Shown: piece by piece, positions 25,474 through 36,627 of the stretch
How the letters are laid out: each line of letters starts with the position of its first letter
Numbering within the stretch: the stretch's first letter is position 1
Assembly: GCA_000934665.2 (NCBI GenBank)
Contig: JYFJ02003307.1
Location: forward strand, 1 to 43,756
DNA from: Catajapyx aquilonaris
Taxonomy: Eukaryota
Direction of reading: 5' to 3'
Length of the DNA stretch: 43,756 nucleotides
Translations under genes and position numbers: made by a program
The notes under the pieces: generated by a model
Databases searched by the model: none
Told to the model about the DNA's origin: nothing
What the model saw: the letters and a program-made list of their open reading frames with translations, nothing else

Positions 25474-26077
25474 ATGACCAAGCTCCTCCAGTGGTTGGCT
25501 GCGCTGGCGGGCTTCCTCTGCCTGTGGGTTGCCCTGCTGGAGCAGGTCAAGGGCCAACAAGGGTCGCACCAGTCACCCTGCGTCAAGACCCTCATCACCT
25601 TCCTGCCAGTCATCTTAGTCGGAGTGCTCGGGGTGAGGTCGCGTCAGGAGGTTAATCCAACCACCCACTTGGTTTCATGTAGTGTACGATAGGTGGCAAT
25701 GGTGCGCATAACAATGGTAGTTGATGAGAAAACCGTAGTGTGAGCCACTGATATGCTATCAGCGCATACTTGCAAGGCGCTATTATTGGCTCCTATCACT
25801 TTCAACCCTTTTTTTTTCAAACCTGCGCAATGCATTGTTTAGTATGTGCACTTACCCCTATGCATCTTGTAATTTACAGGTGTTGTCCTTATTTGCTGTC
25901 CTGTGGAAAACCTACAACTTCAATGACTGCCCTAAAGCAGCGGAGGAGCTCAAAAGAGTAAGGCACGGCGTGTTAAGGCACGTCATTCGAATAATTACTA
26001 CAAGTTGCCCCTTTTTGTTTTTGCAGGAAATCAAGCAGGCCAGAGAAGAACTTAAGAGAATGAAACTCAAGTTCTGA
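25474..26077 (+). CDS. DPM3: Dolichol-phosphate mannosyltransferase subunit 3 (95 aa)
   Basis: Exons 25474-25632, 25880-25957, 26027-26077. MTKLLQWL, two hydrophobic segments, then FNDCPKAAEELKREIKQAREELKRMKLKF. AATAAA at about 26135. Confidence 0.93.
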
Positions 26078-26169
26078 TCATTCCATGTAATTTACTTGCC
26101 AAAAAAAAGTGGTCCAAAATTACACACCATTTTTAATAAATGTTTTGTAAATATGGCACTTCCTTGGAT

Positions 26170-27148
26170 TTAATTGTCTAAATGTGTATTTTGCCACACC
26201 TCTGGTGTCCTGTCAGTTTTCCACCACATTAATTTGGTTCCCGTCATGTCAGAAGGTTCGACCTCAACAGCGTCATCTTTGAGGCGTAATTGAGAGAAAG
26301 TGTCCAGGATACTGTGAACACACTCGTCCACAATGTCTGAAATGAACCAGTTGCATGTTGTTATCCCACGCACATCCAAGGTGACGCATAGTACTACCTG
26401 GGTCTGGACCGTTCACAACATCCACTGGCTGGGTGTGGTCATATCTATTGGGCAACACCCCCACAAGATTCCCGACCTCCTCGTAGTCATCCGCACTGAG
26501 GCCTTGTTGAGCTGAACCATTGGATACACCAGTGCTGGGCATTTCCACCAGGCTGCAGCCTGTGCAAAGCGACCCAGGAATTGCATCATGCATCTGGGAT
26601 GACGTAACATGAGACTCACTTGGGTAGAGGAGTGCTGGGTCTCCATCAATGTACGCTTTCATCCAAGCCAATGGTACCTCCCTCTTGGGCACCTTCCACC
26701 AGGGGTTTCTTCCAATGGTACTTGCTGTAAATGAATGAGCAGCATCCCTAATCACAACAGGCCGGCTTGTCGGCTGCCGAGTTGCTCCTTTGACTGATGC
26801 TGGCTCATTGCACCTTGCTGCAGGTTTCTTGGCGCTACGTTTCACCCCTCTTGTGAAATGATCCCGGATGAAGGCAAACTCTGGATCTTCTTCTTTTTTG
26901 GGGCTATTCCGCACTGGATTTAAGTTGGCATCTGCTTTAATCGTAGTCAACCATTAGCAACTTACGTGTACAGGAGAAGCGACAGTTTTGCCAGCCGTAC
27001 ATTGCCATTAGGTGTCTGTGCTCCACTTTGCCAAGTCCTATTCTAAACAATCAAATGCAAATCAACAGTTGCCTGGCAACATGTATACATCAAGTGGTAC
27101 GGAAATTGTGGGTAATAACACAAGTGGATGCGGATATGAAACGCCTCC
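26170..27148 (-). CDS. Orphan multi-exon protein-coding gene; 5' end uncertain
   Basis: Phase-compatible exons 27148-27101, 27042-26966, 26913-26620, 26559-26397, 26336-26170, separated by GT-AG introns of 58, 52, 60 and 60 nt, typical of this window. In-frame ATG at 27008. A possible further exon 27277-27186 would need a 37-nt intron. No recognisable domain. Confidence 0.5.
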
Positions 27149-27649
27149 CTAAGGTCACAACGACATCAGTGGAAACAATATTCACCTTGTCTCGAGTTCC
27201 TTAGAGTGCTGTCGATGCGGGCAGTCCAAAATGCATTTGAGGAACTCTCTATGACAAAGACCAGAGTAAAATTTGTCCTACAGATGACGGTGAACTTATC
27301 ACTTAGTAAGTTGAAGCTTCTTGTAAACAGTCATATTTAATCAATCAACCAAAAATTTCATTTCTACAAATTTCAATCCCACAAAATACTAACATGTTTC
27401 TGACCACTCCTCCCATCCCCGAAAATGCTGTCATTACATGATCACTGCGTAGACATTACGTAGTGCAAAATGCATCGCGTAATGACAAGGATGTCCCCCT
27501 CCTTCCCTTTCAAAAAAAAAAAAAAACGGAAAGGAGTTATGTACAATTCCAACAATCCATTGGCCTGCAAGAGTACATGCGTACGTGATTTGACTGTCCG
27601 TAATAAATAAATTTAACCGGTTGTCGCCCTAAATCAATCCGCACTAGGT

Positions 27650-28883
27650 TCATAAATCTTCCCTGAGATACTGGGGCTTCAGCTCATCAATCTTCTTGAT
27701 GTAGTCTGTCTTCTCGATGCATCCTTCGCAGACCTCGTCCCAGTCACTCAAGATTTTCTTTAAGTCACGGACCTTCAGCTTTTTCAAGTCCACAGTTTTT
27801 AAGTCTATCGTCTTGTCTGAAAATATATGGAAATTCAATTGTAAATGAGGGCCACACACACTCCGTTATCTAGCACTAAACTGAAACTCTCCTTTGTTAG
27901 CAAGGATATTGGCAGATGCATGTCCTCTACAATAAATTTTGATGGCCTGAATCCTTTTCTTGCGCAAAATTGAATGTAGTCGGCCCAGCCTAACTTGCCA
28001 CTGACGCCACCGTTTCGCTTATCGACTCCTAGTCAACAGAAATCTGCCCAACGCAACCCTGGAACCTCCCACTTTTCAAGCTTCCATGGATATGTCCTCA
28101 TGCAACAATACGAGTAAACAGTGCCAACAAAAGGTACGCTGTCTACTCTCATTGTTGTATGAGGGCATCTCCATGGGAACTGGATAAGTGGGAGGTTCCA
28201 AGGTTGACGTCTGCAGATTTCCATTGACTATGAGTCAGTAGGCGAAACGACGATGTCAATGGCAAGTCAGGCTGGGCCGACCGCAGCAACAGAATTCTTT
28301 AACAATTATCTTTTGATCCACCCTCGTATGTTAGTTGCCTTGCGTATTATTCGCTACATGTAACTGAACCCTGTGCATATTATCCAACACCTGAGTTATC
28401 CAGCGACGTCTTGGCCCCCTTCAGATTATTTACCATACTGAAAACATACACGTAACAACATGGTCGGTCTGGCAGATGCAGCAAACCCAATCCGCCATGA
28501 AAAGAATGCAGACTGGAACAGGGCAATTTACCGTAGTGCAGTTCGCATATCTGTCCGTCGAACTTCTTGAGCTTTTTGCAGACGGCATCGGGAGGCATGG
28601 ACCAAGAGAGGGGCTTGCTCATCTCCCCGAGGATCCCGGTGGCGGACTCCTCCAGGCCTCCGAGGTAGTAGCAGAAGCGGTTCTCCTTGCTCTTGAGCCC
28701 CGAGCAGTACTCCCTGAAGCGGTCCTCTATCTTCTTGGGATCGGTCTTCTCCTTCTCCGTCAGGGTCTGTGAGAACCGCTCCAGCACGGACACGCACACC
28801 TCGCACTCGTCCTTCTTGCACTCGGAAGACTGAAGCAGGCAGCACACCACAACCACCAGCCAGGCACACCAAGAGCTATCCAT
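27650..28883 (-). CDS. MANF: Mesencephalic astrocyte-derived neurotrophic factor / ARMET homologue
   Basis: Exons 28883-28532 and 27816-27650. Signal peptide, [52 protein letters not shown]...CEGC.EK, and ER-retention-like C-terminus REDL. Confidence 0.97.
27979..28281. repeat. 303-bp imperfect foldback (about 145-bp arms, very short loop) in the MANF intron; probable palindromic MITE
   Basis: GTCGGCCCAGCCTAACTTGCCA... (from 27979) aligns along its whole length with the reverse complement of ...TGGCAAGTCAGGCTGGGCCGAC (to 28281). Differences are mostly transitions. Confidence 0.85.
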
Positions 28884-30311
28884 TCTTTTTTTTTTTTTCT
28901 ATTATAATATTATCTGCTGCACAAGAACCCATTAGTACATGATGTAATGGAAGCTGCTGCAGTGTTAAAAAAAAGAAGGAAAAGGGATTGGCTTCACTTA
29001 CGTGTTCCTTTTGATGGTCCGACCGTGTGCAGTGGGGATGATGCGACAATCCGCGTTGTTTAATGTGTCCCCGCTTCTTCTTATTAAATATAATAATGTG
29101 TATATATAAAATATGATTCGGAGCGTTCTAATGGAGACGTTCTATAGAACGTCTGATCCACGTTGAACTACCGGAGGAGGATATTCGAAGGGGGGCGTGG
29201 CCTCTCGCCGGGCTAGATACAGCTGGCGGACTCCGATTGGCCCCCTCTTGCGTCACTCTCCGCTCCCATTGGACGCCCCATCCCGTCAATACTATCGCTT
29301 CGAAACTGGCAATAGCAAGACCGCCAAATCGACAAATTTTAAAAAAAGAAATTGGATCAAATATGTGGAATTTATTTGGGTTAATAATGAGGTACTTGCG
29401 TGATCTAATTGTTCTGTCGGTTGAGTGAGCACCATCTGGCTACACTGGAGCGCGAATATCATGGCCGCCGCCTGGTAGCCTCTTGGACTGTCGTTTTGGG
29501 CCCTTTATTGGGAAGGAAGGAGGAGGCGACGGGCCTGGGAAAGAGGTCTGACTGTTAGTAGTAGGGGGCGGGCGGCCCCCAGGAGGCTGATGGAAGGGCC
29601 TGGACCAAAGAGGCCAAAGGTCATCATAATAATTTATTATTGCTCCCACTCCCATTTCCATATGACACCTTCATGTTGAATCGTCAGCCTTCTCTCTCTC
29701 AATTGATGGTGTTTTTATTGGGGGCAAGGTCCGGTTGGGGAAATGGCTCCATTGCAAGTTATTATCAGGATGGGGGGAAATATTAACCGAATTGGCTGCA
29801 TTCGCTGTACGATACGGTACATCGGAAATGGAGCTTCCTTTCTTTTCACGTCAGGAATTTCGACCCATTTGACCAGTCCATATTCAGCAGCTCATTTGAT
29901 CTGTTGTTTTTTTCCCCATGTTAAAATGCAGACACTCCCACCCACTCAAGGACGCTATACAAGTGCATGTGCGCTCACTCACCATATTGCAGTCAATGAG
30001 TCAACTAGGCTGACTTGTTTTGCTGTGCAGATGATACGCTATGGCAGTGCTGACAACCTGTGCAAATTTACCTACCCAGTTGGTACAAGTGACAATTAAT
30101 TTGGACTTACAGGTGGGACTGTAGAGTTGATATACAAGCAGTCTGGGTTGCATGTCATTATACACACAATTGCGGTGCTGTTTGTACAAATCCAGGCGGG
30201 TGATAAACAAGGCTGCCCTCTTTATCTGGCACCCTGTTGTATGGTACTCTGGAAGTGTGTGCTGTACAGGATTTTGTCAATTTTTACTGTTATACTTGTT
30301 TGGCTTATTAG

Positions 30312-33070
30312 ATGGAGGAAAAAGAAGAGAGCAAGACACCTGTGTCCCTGCTCCAGGAGATTCTTATGCGGCAAGGGAAGTCACCAATATACGAAGTAAT
30401 CAGTGTTACGGAGCAATCTCACAAGCCTGAGTTCATGTACCGCGTCACAGTTGATGGCATTCTCGGTGAGTTTGGTGCACGTGGATCTGCCCACCCATCA
30501 CTGTGATTTCGGTATGGTAATGATCTCGTTCCAATCCACAGAGGCTTTTGGCAGGGGTCTGTCCAAGAAAGCAGCAAAGCACGCCGCAGCCCAGGCAGCC
30601 CTGGATATATTCGGATCTGATCCAGCTTTGCACCAGTACCTTGAAGGAACTTCCACGGTTAAAATAATGTGAGCTCGTTACTAATGCTCTCAGGGTCTTG
30701 GTGGGATTGCATGTTTGGCCCGTATAAAGTGGGGTAAAATTTGTGATTTCCCCCCTTGCCTTAAAAAGTACCGGTATTGGATATTTTGATCATTATTGAC
30801 TGTCTTCAATGATATGCCTTTTGTGCGAAGGGGCAAAATGACCCTCACATTAGAAGTAAAGTGTAAATATGAACTCATGCTTATTAATAGAAATGAAGCC
30901 TGACTTAGATCATGGGAGGGCATGTGGCCAAATGTTGCAAAGTGATAGCATAAGAGTTCTCACAAATATCCGTTGCCTGATGGAGGAGAGTGGAGAGGAC
31001 TCTTTCCACCCTATTCTTGCTTCCTTCTCTGAAGATGTGGTAGTTTTCACTTTATTTATTCCTCACGGATAATGCAAAATTACGCAAGTAGAGACCAAGG
31101 ATAAGAGCTTACATATTTTCAGAGGCAACGTTCGGCCAGAACTTGAACAAGAGCCTCATGTCGTGGTCAATTCGGTGGGAGCTCTTTCTGAGGCCTGCAT
31201 AGCTGGTCAGCATGGAGCTCCCATCTACAATGTTGTGAATGAGGAGGGACCTCCGCATGCCAAGCTCTTCACCTTCGCCTGCACCGTTGGCGATATTACA
31301 GAGGAAGGTAGGTCATTTGACACTGGAGCTTGAGGTACCAATGCAACAGTACTTACTGGATGTCATATGTCTTGGATTTCAAGGCACCGACAAATCCAAG
31401 AAGTTGGCTAAGCATCGAGCAGCATCGCAGGTACTAATGAAACTGAAAGCAGCTGATGTTGGTGCTAACGATATGGAGCAGGCCAGTTATTGTGAGCCAA
31501 AGGCTTTCTTGGTATGTAGGGTGAAGCGTCGAATGCATGTAACCCTCGTCATTGCCTCCCATTCCGTTACATCTTTTTGCAGCATAGTTGGTGAAGTGAG
31601 GGGACAAAGGCATGGGAGGACTATTTCTCATGTTCTCAGTTTGATTTTGTTGTACCTTTTCAGGAGAAGATCGATGCCTACGTGAAGAAAGCAAGTCAAG
31701 AGCAGCAGAAGGATATTCCGATAGCACATTTGAGCTTCATGTTGAGCCTTGTTACTGGGGAGAAGATGGATCAGGTGCGAGTAAGTATGCGTACACTGAC
31801 TGTGAGTGACAGGGTCTGCTTTCGAATTTTACGGACCAGCAGAATGTTGGGGTGACCAAATCCTTATGACTAGTGAGCTTTGTAGTGCTGCCTCGTCATG
31901 ACAGTCATGAAAAGCAGGCCAGAAGTCACTCTGAAAGAGTAATGAAGATCTTGGAATGTGGAAGTCACATTTGCTTCTTTTCACAGGCAATGGTGTTACC
32001 AAAGCGCAATGAGGTAATGTCCTTCCTAAGTCTTATTATGACGGCACGTTAACATGCATGAAATTGATTAGTAAATAAATATAAATAAATAATAATTGTA
32101 CGGAAAATGACAAGTTTACAACACCAGTAACATTATTTCCTCTCGGGAAACAAAGAGAATCGTGGAAACCAAGAATGTGATGATGAAAATAACTCATTGG
32201 AAAACATGGTTGTAGTGATCATCTTTGCCAAATTATGCCTAGTTTTTTCCCCAGTGCAATCACTTTTGCATGCAAGAGCCAAGTGGGCCTCAAAAATTAC
32301 TAACCTATCATTTTAATTTCTTGTGAGTCGCTCTACTGCAGCATGCCATTTAAAATGTCCAACATCAATATTAGGGTTTGAACTGTTCAAGTCACTTGGC
32401 ACAAAGCTATCAACCCGTTTTCCAATATACAGTAAAGTTAGAATCTGTCGTGCTAAGAACTTACTGTTAGTTTACATATCGTTTTATGATCAGTTTTGAC
32501 TTGCAAAATATTTAGTGGAAAGAGCCACAGAGCGTTTCAGAACGAGATTGACTTTCAGGGGCATTAATTTGCCTTGTTTATGCATTTGAATGATTCAATA
32601 GGTTGCATGCATTTTGGAGGATGAAGACGTGGACAAATAGAAACTGATGTGCCTATGACCACTTTTTTTTTTAGAACAAGGTGGTAGACTACGAGAAACT
32701 ACTGACAGAAGTCTGTGCTGAGCAGAAATACCAAATCATCTTTAAGGACTATTCCAACCCCAACTGTGGTAAGAAAAATATGTCAACATGTGAATGCCCA
32801 TGTGAACTCATGACGGGGGTGGCATCTTCCCATACTGCATGTCCATTTGACAGTCTGTAGGAACTCTCAGGAATGGAAAGTTTCTCGTCATCCTCGATTC
32901 TGGTGTTTTCTGTCTTTTTTCCAGGTCACCTGTCCATGCTCACGTTGAAAGGCTGCCCTGTGCCATGCACTGTGAGTGGAATTGGCCGTACATTGGAGGA
33001 GTCCAGGGAGGCAGCTGTAAAAGAAGCAATCCGGGTGTTGAATATACTGGCCAATGCTGTCAAGGCTTGA
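30312..33070 (+). CDS. Three-dsRBD protein of the Loquacious/TARBP2/PACT(/R2D2) group, divergent
   Basis: Exons 30312-30465, 30542-30668, 31123-31307, 31384-31511, 31664-31780, optional 27-nt 31987-32013, 32675-32768, 32925-33070. dsRBD1 KTPVSLLQE...HKPEFMYRVTV...GRGLSKKAAKHAAAQAAL. dsRBD2 NSVGALSE...EEGPPHAKLFTFAC...SKKLAKHRAA. Degenerate dsRBD3 ending VSGIGRTLEESREAAVKEAIRVL. Confidence 0.88.
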
Positions 33071-34560
33071 AGAGAGACAGACACAGAGGGCAGATGGAAG
33101 AGGGGGAAATTGAGAAGAATGAGGGAAACACGAGTGGAGATGAGGATAACAAGAGCAATAAGGGTTTAATATGTAGGACAAACAGAGTAAAAGTACAAGC
33201 AACTGAAGGATAATTTTAGTGAGGAATAGTTATAAAATCCTTTGTTTGTACTGTGGCGTAATTAACTTGCATTTCCGTTGTTTAATAGACAAGTATAATG
33301 TCTATACTCGAACCTCCAGGGGGACCAAGAAAGAAAAAAAAAGCAGTTGTGGAAAATTCATGTTAGAAAGGTTGGCAAAGTGTTGCAGTACAGTACTGCA
33401 TAAGGTTACTTACAGTCAACCCCTGGTTATTTGCAGTCTCATTTTCCATGATTTGAAAATATTTAATGAATGTTGTATCAAAAACATTCAAATGAAAGAA
33501 ATTCAGCAAAGTTACTAATATTGTTAATCGTTCTTGTTAACTAATGTGTATTTGTAAATTCAACTTGCCATTGATATGTAAGTTTAAAAATTTATTATCA
33601 TACTGTACAGATTAGGGTTTAACCAGGGGGGTTTTCAACTTCCTCAGGAGGGGGCTTTGAACTAATTGAATTGCACAATAGAATGTCCACAATGTTTCAT
33701 CTTGGACGTGGGCCATTTGTTCTGTTGGGCAATTTAATTATGGCTGATTTCCAGGGGCTCAGTGCGCCATTATTTCCACACTTCTTTTTCTTAAATACCG
33801 TATACAGAGAGCTTCCTCGGTAAAGCTGCATCACTGGAGCATTTTCGGGAAGAAATAGTCTGTGACAGGAAAGGGGACAGCATGTGCAATGTCTGGAGCT
33901 CTGAACAAATTGTTACACAGTCACTAATGATGCAAAATTTAGTGTACCTTAACCCTTTGGCAGTGTGCTTGGAAAATCGACCTGAATCTGGTACAAATTT
34001 GTGGAAACCTTTAATGGAAGTTTGAGTCATGCAGAACCTCGAGATATAGACGTTGGGAGTGTTACATCCTATTAATTTTATTTACCTGGTGACCAACCAG
34101 CGATTTCTTGTGTTCAATTTGTGGAAGTTCTGCTGCGCGTCTCTTTTTTTTCAAGTTTGACTGGAGCTGTAAAGTGTATTGAGAGAGAGAAGGGAAAGAT
34201 TGATAAATGACAAAGACTGTTTTTTTGCATTGAGATATTCATGAATATTATTTTGTGGCCTTATTATTTATACTTCCCATGCACGGTTTGATTTCCGCGC
34301 CAGTGATGGGCAATGCTGCAGTAGTGGCGGGACCGTATCGACGGACGATCTTCCTTCCCGTAGGATGGACGATACCACCACTTTTTCCAACATGGCGTTT
34401 GTTGCATGACTTCCAGTGATTATTGCCTGTATTTTTGATCTCTCTGGGTGAGTAATAGTGCCTGTTGGCCTTTGCTGCACCGCACTGGTAGGATTGTGGG
34501 TCGCAGCACCACCACCTTCCTGGTATGCTCACCCATGTTCCTGGCATTTCAGATTGAAGC

Positions 34561-35550
34561 ATGTCCGGCGAGGAGGCGCTGAGAGGGACCACACCGGTCG
34601 CAGTCATCCACTCGCTGAGGGAGAAATGCCTGGAGTGCCTCGCCAACAGGGACCACCAAGCGGCCCGCCTGCACAAGCAGAAGCTGGAGGACTTCAAGTC
34701 CGTGCTGAAGCGCAGGCTGGACGTCAACCAAGACCTCTCGAGGAGCTTGGAGTCCTTCAGGGAGAGGCTGCTGGCCGTGCACGAGAAGAGGCGCCAGGCC
34801 AACATGAACGGCAACATGCAGCATCTGGAGGAGAAGCAAACCAACACGCTGGCAGGGTTTGACCAGCAAGTAGGGAAGTTGCTGAGTCCAGGGAAGCAGG
34901 AAGTGGCCAAGCTAGAGATGTGGACCAAGGAAGCAGCCGATGCCTACTCCAACTTTGTTCAGGGAATTGAACAGCGGAAGGCCGAGGTGGACACAATCAG
35001 TGCTCGGATGCTGGCAGAAGTTGATCCGGGCATGCAGTTTTCAGAAGACGAGGCAACCATGCTGGGCACTGTCATGCAGGCTCAGCTGAAGCGCTTCCAC
35101 AGGGAAGAGGCCTTCCTTACTGACCTCCTGAACATAGAGGAGGAAAGGCACCGACTCATCATTTCCCACGAACGCAAATTCTTGTGCCTCTCCGAGCTGA
35201 TTGAGGGCCTGGGTTGTCAGAGGCTGGGAAAGCAAATTGGGACCAAGGAGTCCTTCGCAAGGATGGTGATGGAGCAGGTGGAGATACGAGGAAACCAGTT
35301 GACTGAAGAGATCAAGAAGTCATTGATGCGTGGCTCAAACACGCTGGAGATGGATCTTCAGTCGGAGATGAAGAAGATGCAAGGGGAGGAAAACAAGTAT
35401 CTGCAGGAGATCGAAGATGCAAAGGAAGCACAGAACACTGCCTTTGCGGAGTTGCTGGAGACTCAGAGGGCAGCCGAACACAGCTACAATGAGTGGAAAA
35501 GGGGGGCAGACGTCTTGTGGGCTTCGTTTGCTTCCATTTCTATCCAGTGA
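34561..35550 (+). CDS. Orphan 329-aa coiled-coil protein, single coding exon (family member B)
   Basis: Uninterrupted ORF with a TTTCAG acceptor 8 nt before the ATG. Aligns with A and C (GKQEVAKLEMW, GIEQRKAEV, RFHREEAFL, HERKFLCLSELIEG, EENKYLQEI, YNEWK). Confidence 0.85.
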   Translation: MSGEEALRGTTPVAVIHSLREKCLECLANRDHQAARLHKQKLEDFKSVLKRRLDVNQDLSRSLESFRERLLAVHEKRRQANMNGNMQHLEEKQTNTLAGFDQQVGKLLSPGKQEVAKLEMWTKEAADAYSNFVQGIEQRKAEVDTISARMLAEVDPGMQFSEDEATMLGTVMQAQLKRFHREEAFLTDLLNIEEERHRLIISHERKFLCLSELIEGLGCQRLGKQIGTKESFARMVMEQVEIRGNQLTEEIKKSLMRGSNTLEMDLQSEMKKMQGEENKYLQEIEDAKEAQNTAFAELLETQRAAEHSYNEWKRGADVLWASFASISIQ

Positions 35551-36627
35551 CGTATCCATTTAAGGGATTGGGCACGGGATGGTTCGTGGCACGTTGGCGT
35601 CCAACTGGGCCAAGCAAACTTTCATTTCTAGAGGTCGGATGGTTATTTTGTTCTATTGTGTGAAGGAAAGTGAGACTTTGAGGGGTGTGTGATTCCAAAT
35701 ATTTGAAGGAAGATTATCTTCAAAATGTGCTTCTGCGCTAGGTTGAAAAGTATTTTGAGTAGGGTAAATTTTTTGCAGAAGGGAGGGCCCAACCCAGGGC
35801 AGTGCCCAGTGATGCGAAAAGGTTGCTGATCTCATAAGATTATTTCTCAGCACTTGGTATTATGTAATTTTTAGGTGAAGGTGACACTCTTTTTTTTTAC
35901 TTGTTAATACAGTATTTCCTTGGATCATACAGAGTTGTCGGGGAAATAAGTGTCTGACCTCAACTGTTCAAACTTTCCAGAGCTTACTTGTGATTGCAAT
36001 TTTGTTGGATGGATGCGTCTGTGTGTTGCGATGATGCACTTGTGAATATCTGCTTCCTGCCTTGGCCAATTCATGAGGGACAGGCAGTGCTCTGCCTTGC
36101 AACAATTATTTGAATTGATTGTAGGCCACATGTAACTGTGGTTTTGACACTGTCCAAATGGATAAAATGCCGTGCGTTCCAATGGATTCAGTGATTGAAC
36201 TACTCCCAAATCCTTGCCGTTTTTCAGCCATGTATATCCGCAGCACCAATATGCCTTTTGAACCCCCCGATGTCCACGAGGGAATCAGACGGACAGAGAA
36301 ATATTCTTCTGTCCAGTTGCAATGGCGCCATAATTTGAAAAAATGCTACCGGGATCTTCAGCGATATCTAGCCTGGAAGGGAACTATTGTGCCCCGATAG
36401 CACGCCGATAGTATCGTCCCCGTCCAAGCCACGTTCTGTCCACATGTTGCGACGCCCTGGAGACGCTTGAAACTGGTCATTGCGAGCGTCCAGCCACCTA
36501 CCTGTCCACTGTGTCCAGGCAGAGGCTACTTAGCACCGGTACCACAGTGTCAGGTAAGCATCAAAAATATGTTCATGCCGCACACTCTTTGTGACACTTG
36601 CTTTCCAGCTAATTTCCAGAGTCGAAC

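Noticed and set aside
25713..25760. TGATGA...CTGA with a short terminal stem in DPM3 intron 1 (C/D snoRNA- or SECIS-like)
   Set aside because: The boxes are only about 20 nt apart, too short for a C/D snoRNA. The spacing does not fit SECIS and the site is intronic.
29222..29241. ERSE-like CCAAT-N9-CCAGC on the minus strand upstream of MANF
   Set aside because: The second half-site differs from the CCACG consensus at 2 of 5 positions. Plausible for a UPR gene but not supportable from sequence alone.
20009..33070. Idea that egl, the dsRBP gene and the intronic hairpins form an RNA-silencing gene cluster
   Set aside because: They are interleaved with unrelated DPM3 and MANF, and eukaryotic adjacency alone is not evidence of shared function.
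33613..33660. Possible hAT-like terminal fragment (CAGGGGGGTTTTCAAC)
   Set aside because: I found no matching opposite end or target duplication.
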